DNA of 36,917 bases from an uncultured Candidatus Saccharibacteria bacterium (GCA_964625485.1 CAZVBK010000002.1:1-36917); one strand, 5' to 3'; positions 8,177 through 16,181 are shown, counted from the first letter of the stretch. Notes: generated from the letters alone by a model not told the origin. Numbers and translations: made by a program.

Positions 8177-8300
8177 GCACCTTTGGGTTTATCCACAGAC
8201 GGAACACATAAGTCTTGCTAAATAATTTTGTTTTTGATAAAAATAAGAAAAATAATTTTTACCAAAAAATTGCATTAATAATTTTAAGAATAAAAACAAT

Positions 8301-8456
8301 ATGAGTTACGATGAAGAAGAGTTCGGAGTTAGCCAAGCAGCGTTTGGTGTCGGTGGAGACGATGACCTTGCAGATGATGACCTACTGCTAGACGAACAAC
8401 TTGAAGGCCTACCTGACTTTGGCCTAGATGAAGAAGACCCTGATAAGGACCACTAA
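8301..8456 (+). CDS. small highly acidic protein (51 aa), standalone transcription unit
   Basis: Hand translation: MSYDEEEFGVSQAAFGVGGDDDLADDDLLLDEQLEGLPDFGLDEEDPDKDH, stop TAA at 8454-8456. It is visibly more GC-rich than the AT-rich spacer before it. A perfect terminator hairpin starts 2 nt after the stop. Below the track cutoff. Confidence 0.5.
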   Translation: MSYDEEEFGVSQAAFGVGGDDDLADDDLLLDEQLEGLPDFGLDEEDPDKDH

Positions 8457-8457
8457 T

Positions 8458-8487
8458 ACAAAACCCCTAGCATGCTAGGGGTTTTGT
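8458..8487. terminator. bidirectional intrinsic terminator between the small acidic ORF and tyrS
   Basis: Perfect palindrome ACAAAACCCCTAGC-AT-GCTAGGGGTTTTGT, followed by TTGTTTT on the plus strand. It sits between two convergent stops. Confidence 0.85.
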
Positions 8488-8492
8488 TGTTT

Positions 8493-9695
8493 TCAGGAAG
8501 TAATTTTGAAGAAATTGTGTTTGCCCACTTTATATACATGACCCACCACAAACTCGTCTTTGAGCCCGAGCTTCTTGTCTTCTGTTATGTCAGTCACCGC
8601 CCCTGCCTCGAATAGTCTTCGGGCAGAAGACACCGAGTCAGCTGCGCCGGATACCACCAACACATCGACTGGTCGTCCTTCATTTTTTATTTCAGGTATA
8701 TTGTCAGGAATTTCTTTTTTTTGAAAAGTGCTTATAAAGTTTTGTTTCGCCTTCGTGGCAGAACTTTCTCCGTGACACATCTTTACTATCTCATACGCAA
8801 GCAACATTTTTGCGTCACGAGGGTTTACCCCAGAATCAATATCTTGTTTTATCTTACCGACTTCACTGAGCGGAAGGTCTGTTATTATTTCAAAACCAGG
8901 AACAATAAGACCGTCTGTCCAACTCATAACCTTACCAAACATTTCTTCTCCCGTTTGGTTTAGGGCCACCATGTTATTTTCAGTTTTGCCCATTTTCTTG
9001 CCGGTACTATCCACCAGCAGTTTGGTGGCTATGACGAACTTTTCTTTATTGTTCAAAGCCTTAACAAGATCCCGTCCAGCAAGCATATTGAACGTTTGAT
9101 CGTTACCACCTATCTCGCCATCTACCCCCATGGCCACAGAGTCATAGCCCTGCATTAAGGGGTATAAGAATTCGTGAATATAAATGGGTTTGCCTTCTTC
9201 TGTGCGCCTGGCAAACATGTCACGCTTTAGCATTTGATCTACGGTCATGAGTGACGCAAGGTCTAGCACTTCATTAAAATTCATTTTGCTCAACCATTTA
9301 GAATTAAATTTAAATTCAGCTCTGTTGGCAGAAAAAGGAGAAAAAGAGATAAACTTTGAGGCTTGTTTTTTGTATTCTCTTAAATTCTTCAGAACCTCTT
9401 CACGAGACAGTTTCTTTCTGGCAGCAGACTTATCGCTCGGGTCCCCTATCATCGCAGTGAAGTCTCCCATCAGTAAAATTATCTTGTGTCCCATCTTTTG
9501 GAACTTGGCTAGTGTGCGAATCGGAATGACATGACCCATGTGCAAGGTTGGACCAGTAGGATCAATTCCTAAATAAAGAGTTACTCTTTCCCCTCGCATC
9601 ATTTTAGCTTTCAAAAAATCTCGATTAGGGAAAATATTTTCAATTCCACGACTCAATAGTTCGTCTATTTGTTTTTCATCTACAACAACTTTCAT
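8493..9695 (-). CDS. tyrS: tyrosyl-tRNA synthetase
   Basis: HIGH motif as HMGH, KMSKS motif as KMGKT, MGDFTAMIGDPSDKSAARK (TyrRS-type), and a C-terminal S4-like domain. 400 aa. Confidence 0.9.
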   Translation of the reverse strand: MKVVVDEKQIDELLSRGIENIFPNRDFLKAKMMRGERVTLYLGIDPTGPTLHMGHVIPIRTLAKFQKMGHKIILLMGDFTAMIGDPSDKSAARKKLSREEVLKNLREYKKQASKFISFSPFSANRAEFKFNSKWLSKMNFNEVLDLASLMTVDQMLKRDMFARRTEEGKPIYIHEFLYPLMQGYDSVAMGVDGEIGGNDQTFNMLAGRDLVKALNNKEKFVIATKLLVDSTGKKMGKTENNMVALNQTGEEMFGKVMSWTDGLIVPGFEIITDLPLSEVGKIKQDIDSGVNPRDAKMLLAYEIVKMCHGESSATKAKQNFISTFQKKEIPDNIPEIKNEGRPVDVLVVSGAADSVSSARRLFEAGAVTDITEDKKLGLKDEFVVGHVYKVGKHNFFKITS

Positions 9696-9759
9696 CCCGT
9701 TAGAAATTTAGTTAAATTCTTAATAATCACAAACCCAACGTTAAATAATTTCTAACGGG
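9696..9759 (-). promoter_or_regulatory. tyrS leader hairpin abutting the start codon
   Basis: 13-bp perfect inverted repeat CCCGTTAGAAATT (9696-9708) / AATTTCTAACGGG (9747-9759) with a 38-nt loop. On the tyrS mRNA the 3-prime arm ends at the base immediately before AUG (9695). Confidence 0.45.
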
Positions 9760-9771
9760 ATTCATGCTCGA

Positions 9772-9780
9772 ATCATAACA
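9772..9780 (-). promoter_or_regulatory. extended -10 (TGTTATGAT) for tyrS
   Basis: Minus strand TGTTATGAT. The predicted start near 9765 places the whole hairpin in a ~70-nt 5-prime UTR. It stands back to back with the PBP promoter. Confidence 0.4.
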
Positions 9781-9787
9781 CATTTTC

Positions 9788-9796
9788 TGCTATGAT
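9788..9796 (+). promoter_or_regulatory. extended -10 (TGCTATGAT) 8 nt upstream of the PBP1A ATG
   Basis: TGCTATGAT-TAAATATC-ATG (ATG at 9805). Confidence 0.4.
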
Positions 9797-9804
9797 TAAA
9801 TATC

Positions 9805-12348
9805 ATGAAAATTTACCAAAAACTTCATCACCAACTAAAGAGACTTCTAAGGAAAAGGCCAAAAATCCATAAAAACATGGTTCTTTTGGCAGCTGGAGTC
9901 TGTATTTTAATGGCAGGGCTTATCGCTCTATGGCTAGCATCTTTTAAGATTCCTGATTTTGAATCTTTTCAGGATAGAAAGATAATAAATTCAACTAAAA
10001 TATATGACCGCACCGGTGAGATTCTTCTGTACGACATAAACAAAGACGTCCGAAGAACTGACATCAAATTCGAAGAGATGGGTCAAAATATTAAGAACGC
10101 GACTATCGCCGTAGAAGATGCGGAATTTTACAACCACAACGGTATCCGCATCAGCTCTATATTCCGCGCAACTGTCTGGGCCACACTTACAGGCAAAAGA
10201 GTAACTGGTGGTTCGACTATCACTCAGCAGTTGATAAAAAACACTTTATTGAACGCCAAAGTCACCCCAGCCCGAAAAATAAAGGAGTGGGTGCTGGCCA
10301 TAAAACTCGATAAGGCCCTGCCTAAAGATAAAATATTAGAACTTTATCTAAATGAGGTTCCCTACGGTGGAACTATTTACGGTATAAAGGAAGCTAGTCA
10401 AACCTACTTCGGCAAAAAGCCGGTAGATCTGACAATAGCCGAGGCTGCCTATTTGGCTTCTATCCCACAATCCCCTACAGTGCTTTCTCCTTATGGTAAA
10501 AACAAAGACAAACTAGAAGAAAGAAAAAACTTTGTATTGTTTAGAATGAGTGAGGTTGGTTACTTAACCAAAGAGGAATACGAGGCGGCAAAAGCTGAAG
10601 TAGTAACATTCTTGCCTCAATCCATAAGTGGAATAAAGGCACCCCACTTTGTTTTCTACATAAAGGAATACTTGGAACAAAAGTACGGTGTTGAAACAGC
10701 GCAAAGAGGAGGGCTAAGGGTCACCACAACCTTGGACTACGATCTTCAGATGAAGGGTGAAGAGTTTGTAAAAGCTGGGGCCCTAGCGAACGAAAAAGAT
10801 TGGGGTGGCAGTAATGCTAGTTTGGTGGCGATTGACCCCAAGACGGGCCAAATACTGACAATGGTGGGCTCTAGAGATTACTTTGACAAAGCAATCGATG
10901 GAAATTTCAACGTGGCCACCGCAAGCCGTCAGCCGGGTTCTTCTTTCAAGCCATTTATTTATGCTACAGCGTTCAATAAAGGCTTTACTCCGGACACAAC
11001 CTTATTCGATGTTCCAACAGAATTCCAAACAACATGTAACTCCGAAGGAAGAGCGGTCTCCGGCAGTCAATCAGACTGTTATATGCCTCAAAACTATGAT
11101 GGTTTAAACAGAGGGCCCATGAGACTACGTGACGCCTTAGCACAATCCATAAACGTGCCTGCAGTAAAACTATTTTACTTGGTTGGATTAAAGGACGCCC
11201 TTAAAACATCTGAAGATATGGGGATCAGCACCCTCACAAATGTAAATCAATACGGACTTACTTTGGTTATCGGAGGTGGAGAGGTTACCCTTCTCGACAT
11301 GACCTCAGCTTATGGTGTTTTTGCTAATAGTGGTATTAAAGAAAATTACAATGGAATACTAAAGATTGAGGATTCAAATGGAAACATATTGGAAGAGTAC
11401 CGATCAACCGCAAAGGAAGTTCTTCCTAAGAATACAGCATTAACAATCTCTGATATTTTATCTGACAACAAAGCAAGAACACCTACCTTCGGGGGGAACT
11501 CTGTTCTTGTTGTCCCTGGGCACGATGTAGCAGTAAAAACAGGTACCACAAACAGCAACAAGGACGCTTGGATAGTAGGCTACAATCCAAATCTTGTGGT
11601 TGGTGTATGGGCTGGTAACAACGACAATAAGCCAATGAAAAAAGGTGGTGCGGCTCTGGCTGGACCAATATGGAACAAATTCATGGCGGAAGCATTTAAA
11701 AAGATTCCAAGTGAGAGTTTTGAAGAACCAAACCTTATGCTTGATGTAACAACCGTAAAACCAGCACTCCGTGGATACTGGCAAGGAAATGAGAGTTTCT
11801 TTATTGATAAAGTATCCGGCAAACTAGCCACAGAGTTTACCCCAAGAGAAACAATGGAAGAAAAAGTGGTAACCAATGTTCACACAATTTTACATTGGGT
11901 AAACAAGCGCGACATCACTGGCCCTGCCCCAACAAACCCAAGTAGTGATCCTCAATACGACAACTGGGAAGCTCCTGTGCAAAAATGGTGGGCGCAAAAT
12001 AAAAATAGATACAATATCGTAGACTGGTCTACAAAGCCAACACAGTTCGACGATGTGCACACCGAAGCCGGAGCTCCTACTGTTTCCATATTGGAGCCAA
12101 ACAGTATGACGACTTATACTAAAAACCAAAAAATACAATTAAAAATAAATAGTTTCGGTAAATTCCCACTACAAAAAGTTGATGTGTTTATAAACGACAA
12201 CTATCTCGGGACCCTTAGTGCCCCATTCAACTTCTCTTTCGTTCCTGAGGGGCTAGAAAATTTGGAGGAAATAAATACCATCAGCGTAGTCGCTTACGAT
12301 ACTGCCTACAACAGATCTGAAACATCTGCCTCATTCATCGTAAAATAA
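9805..12348 (+). CDS. ponA: class A penicillin-binding protein (glycosyltransferase + transpeptidase) with C-terminal extension
   Basis: N-terminal TM anchor. GT51 motifs EDAEFYNHNG and GGSTITQQL. Transpeptidase motifs SSFKP (SxxK) and KTGTTN (KTG). About 150 extra C-terminal residues look like a beta-sandwich domain. Confidence 0.92.
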   Translation: MKIYQKLHHQLKRLLRKRPKIHKNMVLLAAGVCILMAGLIALWLASFKIPDFESFQDRKIINSTKIYDRTGEILLYDINKDVRRTDIKFEEMGQNIKNATIAVEDAEFYNHNGIRISSIFRATVWATLTGKRVTGGSTITQQLIKNTLLNAKVTPARKIKEWVLAIKLDKALPKDKILELYLNEVPYGGTIYGIKEASQTYFGKKPVDLTIAEAAYLASIPQSPTVLSPYGKNKDKLEERKNFVLFRMSEVGYLTKEEYEAAKAEVVTFLPQSISGIKAPHFVFYIKEYLEQKYGVETAQRGGLRVTTTLDYDLQMKGEEFVKAGALANEKDWGGSNASLVAIDPKTGQILTMVGSRDYFDKAIDGNFNVATASRQPGSSFKPFIYATAFNKGFTPDTTLFDVPTEFQTTCNSEGRAVSGSQSDCYMPQNYDGLNRGPMRLRDALAQSINVPAVKLFYLVGLKDALKTSEDMGISTLTNVNQYGLTLVIGGGEVTLLDMTSAYGVFANSGIKENYNGILKIEDSNGNILEEYRSTAKEVLPKNTALTISDILSDNKARTPTFGGNSVLVVPGHDVAVKTGTTNSNKDAWIVGYNPNLVVGVWAGNNDNKPMKKGGAALAGPIWNKFMAEAFKKIPSESFEEPNLMLDVTTVKPALRGYWQGNESFFIDKVSGKLATEFTPRETMEEKVVTNVHTILHWVNKRDITGPAPTNPSSDPQYDNWEAPVQKWWAQNKNRYNIVDWSTKPTQFDDVHTEAGAPTVSILEPNSMTTYTKNQKIQLKINSFGKFPLQKVDVFINDNYLGTLSAPFNFSFVPEGLENLEEINTISVVAYDTAYNRSETSASFIVK

Positions 12349-12606
12349 TTATCTTATATCGTCTGGAGCCTTGTCCCCCAAGGCTTCTTCGAGTTTTCTA
12401 AAAATCTCCTCCCTCTTCATTAATATTTCACTCTTATAGATTGGTTTTATGTTTAGATAGATAGTATTGTTTCTGATATTGATATCTTGCGAAGGAATAT
12501 TAATATTTAAAACTTCATTAAGGATTCGGAGCAGTGAAGCTTTCTTGACCTCTTCTTTGCCAAGCAGGTGGCTCCACTTCGATAATAAGTCCTTTATTTC
12601 AATCAT
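12349..12606 (-). CDS. DUF721/DciA-like small protein
   Basis: 85 aa, directly after the dnaN stop (TAA then ATG). The C-terminal half NTIYLNIKPIYKSEILMKREEIFRKLEEALGDKAPDDIR fits the DUF721 pattern. Position next to dnaN is typical for this family. Confidence 0.45.
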   Translation of the reverse strand: MIEIKDLLSKWSHLLGKEEVKKASLLRILNEVLNINIPSQDINIRNNTIYLNIKPIYKSEILMKREEIFRKLEEALGDKAPDDIR

Positions 12607-13704
12607 TTATCTGTTCATTGGCATTATTAAGTAGGTAAATGATGTATCAGAGCTCGGAGATATGACCAAGGGCCTTCCTGACTCATTTAGCTTGATAGAG
12701 ATGCTGTCTGTGGTGATAGACTGGAAGCAATCAAAGAAATATTTGTAATTAAAGCCAAGTTCTACGTCTTCCCCTTTTATGGCGCCATCAAGAAGGGTTT
12801 TATTTTCTCCAACATCATTATTCTCTGATGAGAGTTCGAATATTTTATCTTTTGGTTTTAGATTAAGATTTACTTGATTGAATTTGTCTGAAAATATATT
12901 TGATAACTTGAGGGCATTAAGCAAGTCTTGTTTCAGGACCACAGCTTCTGTCTTGAAAGTTTTTGGAATTATCTGGCGGTAGTCAGGAAAAGCTCCATCT
13001 ATAATTCTAGATGTTAGATATAGACCTTCTTTAGTAAAGGATATCTGGTTTTTATTGAAACAAACCTTTACATCCCCCTTTGATTCACCAAAAACCCTTA
13101 ATATTTCAGGTATATTCTTAAAGGGTATCAGTATTCCCGGTACTTCCTCGGTGCTTTTAAACTTTATTTTCTTTTCGGCTAATCTAAATGAGTCTGTGGA
13201 GACAAAAACCAAATTGTCCTCACTTGAGTAAACATAAACACTAGATATTTCTGGTTTTATATCAGAAACAGAAGAACTATAATAAACCGCCTTTATACCA
13301 TCTATTAATTTTTTAGTTTCTATCTCAAAACTAGTTCCTTCCACTGTCGGTATTGTCGGGAAATCATCATTTGGTTGACCTTTTAGTTTTATTTGATTCT
13401 TTTTGGTTTTAATTAAAAGATTACCATTGTCTTCCACTAGATGGATACTTTCATTTTGAAATATATTAGAAAATATGTTTCCTAAGACAGATCCAGATAT
13501 GGCCACTATACCTTCCTTCTCTATCTTGGCAGGAATCTCGATCTCTATACCAAGACTTAGGTTGGTAGCACGGAGTCTTAGTACCTTTCTTGTCGCGATA
13601 AGTAACACTGAACTCAAAACAGGCAGAGTTAGATTCTTCCCTGTTATCCTCTCAACTTGAGATATTCCATTCTTTAGTTTTTCCAATTCACATTCTAGTT
13701 TCAT
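12607..13704 (-). CDS. dnaN: DNA polymerase III beta sliding clamp
   Basis: 365 aa with three-domain clamp-like periodicity, a C-terminal LIMPMNR ending, and a position downstream of dnaA. Confidence 0.93.
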   Translation of the reverse strand: MKLECELEKLKNGISQVERITGKNLTLPVLSSVLLIATRKVLRLRATNLSLGIEIEIPAKIEKEGIVAISGSVLGNIFSNIFQNESIHLVEDNGNLLIKTKKNQIKLKGQPNDDFPTIPTVEGTSFEIETKKLIDGIKAVYYSSSVSDIKPEISSVYVYSSEDNLVFVSTDSFRLAEKKIKFKSTEEVPGILIPFKNIPEILRVFGESKGDVKVCFNKNQISFTKEGLYLTSRIIDGAFPDYRQIIPKTFKTEAVVLKQDLLNALKLSNIFSDKFNQVNLNLKPKDKIFELSSENNDVGENKTLLDGAIKGEDVELGFNYKYFFDCFQSITTDSISIKLNESGRPLVISPSSDTSFTYLIMPMNR

Positions 13705-13964
13705 ATAATTGTTTATATCTTATATATTTAAATTATTAATACTATTAGTAGTGTTGATAAGTGGATAAGTCTATGTTGCCTTGTATTTTATGGTTATTTT
13801 GGAATTTATTTATTAATCTTGCCTGTATAACTTAAGGTCATAATTGGGTAAATAAATCAGTTTCTGTATTTTCGTAAAACTTATCATTTTTTATCCCCAT
13901 CTCTACTTAAACTTTTCAACACTTTATAATATCTTTTCCACAGATTTAAACTACTTATACACAA
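13705..13964. other. oriC candidate (dnaA-dnaN spacer): AT-rich unwinding region plus DnaA boxes
   Basis: Nearly pure A/T tract at 13705-13750. Abutting boxes TGTTGATAA and AGTGGATAA at 13752-13768 (reverse complements TTATCAACA and TTATCCACT). Also TTATCCCCA at 13891-13899, TTTTCCACA at 13934-13942 and TTATACACA at 13955-13963. Confidence 0.7.
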
Positions 13965-15308
13965 CTATTTGAACATAACTCTGATTGTTTCTAATTCTTG
14001 CAACAATTGTGGATCATTCTTAATATCCTCTTTTATTTTTAAATAAGAGTGGATGACTGTGGTGTGGTCCTTCCCTCCCAGTTTCTGCCCTATCAGTGGG
14101 TAAGACACATTGAAATCTTCTCGAAGTAGGTACATGACTATCTGTCTAGCCTTCACAATCTCCTTTCGGCGAGTCTTTTCGTATACAGAATTTTCTTCTA
14201 GGCCATAATGATCGCTCACTATCTTCACTACATCTTTGATAGCAACATTCTTTTTTGGTCGGATGTTGTTCTTGAGAAGGTTTTTTACTTCTATTAAAGA
14301 CAAAGGTTTGTTTTTGAGACGATACTGGCAAACTATAGTGTTCAAACTCCCCTCTAGTTCGCGGATGTTGCCTTGAACAGCAGAGGCCACGTATTCAACT
14401 ATCTCTTTATCTAGCTCTATGCCCAACTCTTCTAGCTTAACCTTCAATATTGCGAGCCTAGACTCGTATTCTGGCTCAGAGACATCTACTATCATTCCGG
14501 CAGAAAACCTTGATTTTAAGCGGTCTGCGAGCTCTGGGATATAGTTTGGGTGCTTGTCAGAAGAAAAGACTATTTGTTTGTTGTTTTCATGGAAAGTATT
14601 GAAGGTGTGGAAGAGTTCTTCTTGGATTTTCTCCATTTTACCTATGAATTGGATGTCGTCTATGATCAATAGATCGTATTTTCGGTACTTTTCCTTGAAA
14701 GAATTAGCCTTATTGCTCTGGAGAGAGTTGATGAAGTCAGTAGCGAACTTCTCTAGGGTCATGTAGTGGACTTTTTTGTCTGGAAAGCGGTCTTTTATAG
14801 AGTTACCGATAGCTTGTAAAAGGTGGGTTTTACCCAAACCTGTCTGTCCGTAGACAAAGAAAGGGTTGTACTTGGTCCCCGGGCTCTCAACTATCGCTTG
14901 GGAGGCTGCATAAGCCAGCTCATTGAATCCACCAACGATAAAAGAGTCGAAGCGGTACCTTGAATTAAGGTTATCCCCAGGATTTACGTATAGATTTTGT
15001 AAAGGAAGCTCTTTGTTGGCCAAAACCTCATTGTTTTTAGGTATTTCTGTTTTATTGGCTTCTGCTTTAGCGATAACATACTCCACTGCCCTCATGTTCT
15101 CAAAGGCGTTGGCGATAGTCTTGGTTATTAGCTTGTGGTACTTGTTTTTAAGCCAATCCCTAACGAATTCATTCGGTACCCCTACGTAAATGATCCCAGT
15201 GTCCTCTTTTAAAATAGAAGTGTTTTTAAACCAAGTACTGAAATTCGCCTTTGAAACACCAGTTTCTATTTCAGAGAGGCAGTTTCTCCATAGTTCCTTT
15301 GTATCCAT
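13965..15308 (-). CDS. dnaA: chromosomal replication initiator DnaA
   Basis: Walker A GQTGLGKTHL, Walker B LLIIDDIQF, and a C-terminal DNA-binding helix-turn-helix (LGGKDHTTVIHS). Start set at ATG 15308 (MDTKELWRNC...), 7 nt after a TATAAT. ATG 15317 is the alternative. The track start 15449 would overlap the divergent rpmH start. Confidence 0.93.
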   Translation of the reverse strand: MDTKELWRNCLSEIETGVSKANFSTWFKNTSILKEDTGIIYVGVPNEFVRDWLKNKYHKLITKTIANAFENMRAVEYVIAKAEANKTEIPKNNEVLANKELPLQNLYVNPGDNLNSRYRFDSFIVGGFNELAYAASQAIVESPGTKYNPFFVYGQTGLGKTHLLQAIGNSIKDRFPDKKVHYMTLEKFATDFINSLQSNKANSFKEKYRKYDLLIIDDIQFIGKMEKIQEELFHTFNTFHENNKQIVFSSDKHPNYIPELADRLKSRFSAGMIVDVSEPEYESRLAILKVKLEELGIELDKEIVEYVASAVQGNIRELEGSLNTIVCQYRLKNKPLSLIEVKNLLKNNIRPKKNVAIKDVVKIVSDHYGLEENSVYEKTRRKEIVKARQIVMYLLREDFNVSYPLIGQKLGGKDHTTVIHSYLKIKEDIKNDPQLLQELETIRVMFK

Positions 15309-15315
15309 GAATTGC

Positions 15316-15321
15316 ATTATA
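15316..15321 (-). promoter_or_regulatory. -10 hexamer TATAAT 7 nt upstream of dnaA ATG 15308
   Basis: Minus strand reads GGTAGTATAAT-GCAATTC-ATGGATAC. Confidence 0.4.
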
Positions 15322-15364
15322 CTACCTTCTGCCGGCTTCGAAACTTCACAAAACCGAGTAATTG

Positions 15365-15384
15365 TGTTGATAAACTGTTGATAA
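15365..15384. promoter_or_regulatory. two direct TGTTGATAA DnaA-box-like repeats in the dnaA/rpmH divergent spacer
   Basis: TGTTGATAA at 15365-15373 and 15376-15384. This is the identical 9-mer found at 13752-13760 in the dnaA-dnaN spacer. Confidence 0.55.
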
Positions 15385-15442
15385 AGTGCAAAAGATCCCC
15401 AGCCTTGATTTTTTAAGCTTAATATTATAGTATGTAATACAC

Positions 15443-15577
15443 ATGTCATTCACATACAAACCCAAAAAACGAAAAAGAGCAAAAAGCCACGGCTTTTTAG
15501 TTCGTTCTAGAACCAAAACTGGTCAAGGGGTGCTTAAGCGCCGAAGACAAAAGGGCCGAGCAAAGCTTTCTGTATAA
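15443..15577 (+). CDS. rpmH: 50S ribosomal protein L34
   Basis: Hand translation: [44 protein letters not shown] (44 aa). Canonical L34 sequence in the canonical position before rnpA. Below the track cutoff. Confidence 0.93.
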   Translation: MSFTYKPKKRKRAKSHGFLVRSRTKTGQGVLKRRRQKGRAKLSV

Positions 15578-15595
15578 GCTTATTCGGGTTTTTCC

Positions 15596-15958
15596 ATGCT
15601 TCCTAAACAAAATAGAGCTGATAAAAAAGCCATAGAGAGGATCTTTAAAGAAGGTAGGTTTATTGCCTCACCCAATTTTTCTTTTAAGTTTATTAAGGAT
15701 TTGAGTCAGAAAACCACCCAAATCTCTTTCGTTGTACCCAAGACGGTGTCCAAGAGTGCTGTCGTCAGGAATTTGCTTAGACGAAGAGGTTATCAAGCCC
15801 TCGCCTCACATCTCAACCGCTTCCCCCGGGGGTTGGTTGGGGTGTTTGTGTTCGGAAAGAAAAGCAAAGAAGTTTTTGGGGCCAAGAAAACCAAAGAATA
15901 TAATGGAGTTTCTAATATTGAAAATGAAATTAAAACAATCCTTAATAAAATTAATTGA
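15596..15958 (+). CDS. rnpA: ribonuclease P protein component
   Basis: 120 aa, basic, with a MLPKQNRADKKAIERIFKEG start. Sits in the rpmH-rnpA-yidD-yidC synteny. Confidence 0.88.
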   Translation: MLPKQNRADKKAIERIFKEGRFIASPNFSFKFIKDLSQKTTQISFVVPKTVSKSAVVRNLLRRRGYQALASHLNRFPRGLVGVFVFGKKSKEVFGAKKTKEYNGVSNIENEIKTILNKIN

Positions 15959-16139
15959 TTTATACCAAAAATATATCTCAAGACTAAAAAAACCAAGCTG
16001 CGTTTTTTATCCTACTTGTTCAGTCTATGCAAAAACAGCCTTAGAAAAACACGGTGCATTTAAGGGAACCAAGCTAACTTTTTTTCGCATACTTCGCTGT
16101 CATCCTTGGCAGAAGAACCAGATCGATCTTGTGCCCTAG
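15924..16139 (+). CDS. yidD: membrane protein insertion efficiency factor YidD
   Basis: LIKLIDLYQKYIS...CVFYPTCSVYAKTALEKHG...RILRCHPW is the YidD signature. Start is ATG 15924 (or 15903). The upstream part of track ORF 15732-16139 is an out-of-frame overlap with rnpA. Confidence 0.85.
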   Translation: MKLKQSLIKLIDLYQKYISRLKKPSCVFYPTCSVYAKTALEKHGAFKGTKLTFFRILRCHPWQKNQIDLVP

Positions 16140-16167
16140 TTTTCATTTGGAATTTCCGTCATTTTCG

Positions 16168-16175
16168 TATAGAAT
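16168..16175 (+). promoter_or_regulatory. -10-like TATAGAAT 6 nt upstream of yidC ATG
   Basis: TAGAAT (16170-16175)-GACAGA-ATG (16182). Confidence 0.3.
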
Positions 16176-16181
16176 GACAGA

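Noticed and set aside
8189-8197. Perfect TTATCCACA DnaA box downstream of ruvC as a second origin or a DnaA-regulated promoter
   Set aside because: It is a single isolated 9-mer. One chance occurrence in a two-strand scan of a ~37-kb window is not improbable, and there is no clustered box set or unwinding element. It is mentioned only as context for the small acidic ORF.
8493-8495. Alternative genetic code (UGA recoded, as in Gracilibacteria/Absconditabacteria)
   Set aside because: Long uninterrupted ORFs are obtained with the standard code, and tyrS ends at a TGA placed right at the intrinsic terminator. UGA therefore behaves as a stop here.
9696-9804. Canonical T-box riboswitch in front of tyrS
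   Set aside because: The leader is only ~70 nt. I see no T-box consensus (the conserved GGUGGUACCGCG-type segment), no Stem I platform and no terminator/antiterminator pair. It is kept only as an unclassified leader hairpin.
11346-12138. Minus-strand ORFs (11346-11561, 11458-11784, 11483-11668, 11580-11876, 11890-12138) inside the PBP1A gene
   Set aside because: They overlap one another in several frames, lie opposite a gene with clear catalytic motifs, and have no recognisable motifs or start-site signals.
13965-15449. N-terminal extensions of track ORFs (dnaA to 15449, polA to 4678, PIN to 778, ruvC from 7673, yidD from 15732)
   Set aside because: The extensions run into or across neighbouring genes or divergent starts and encode non-conserved junk. 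Internal ATGs with promoter signals or family-typical N-termini fit better.
16158-16178. Hairpin GTCATT...AATGAC between yidD and yidC as a terminator
   Set aside because: The stem is only 6 bp with a 9-nt loop and no U-tract. It also overlaps the putative -10 of yidC, so it is more likely incidental.
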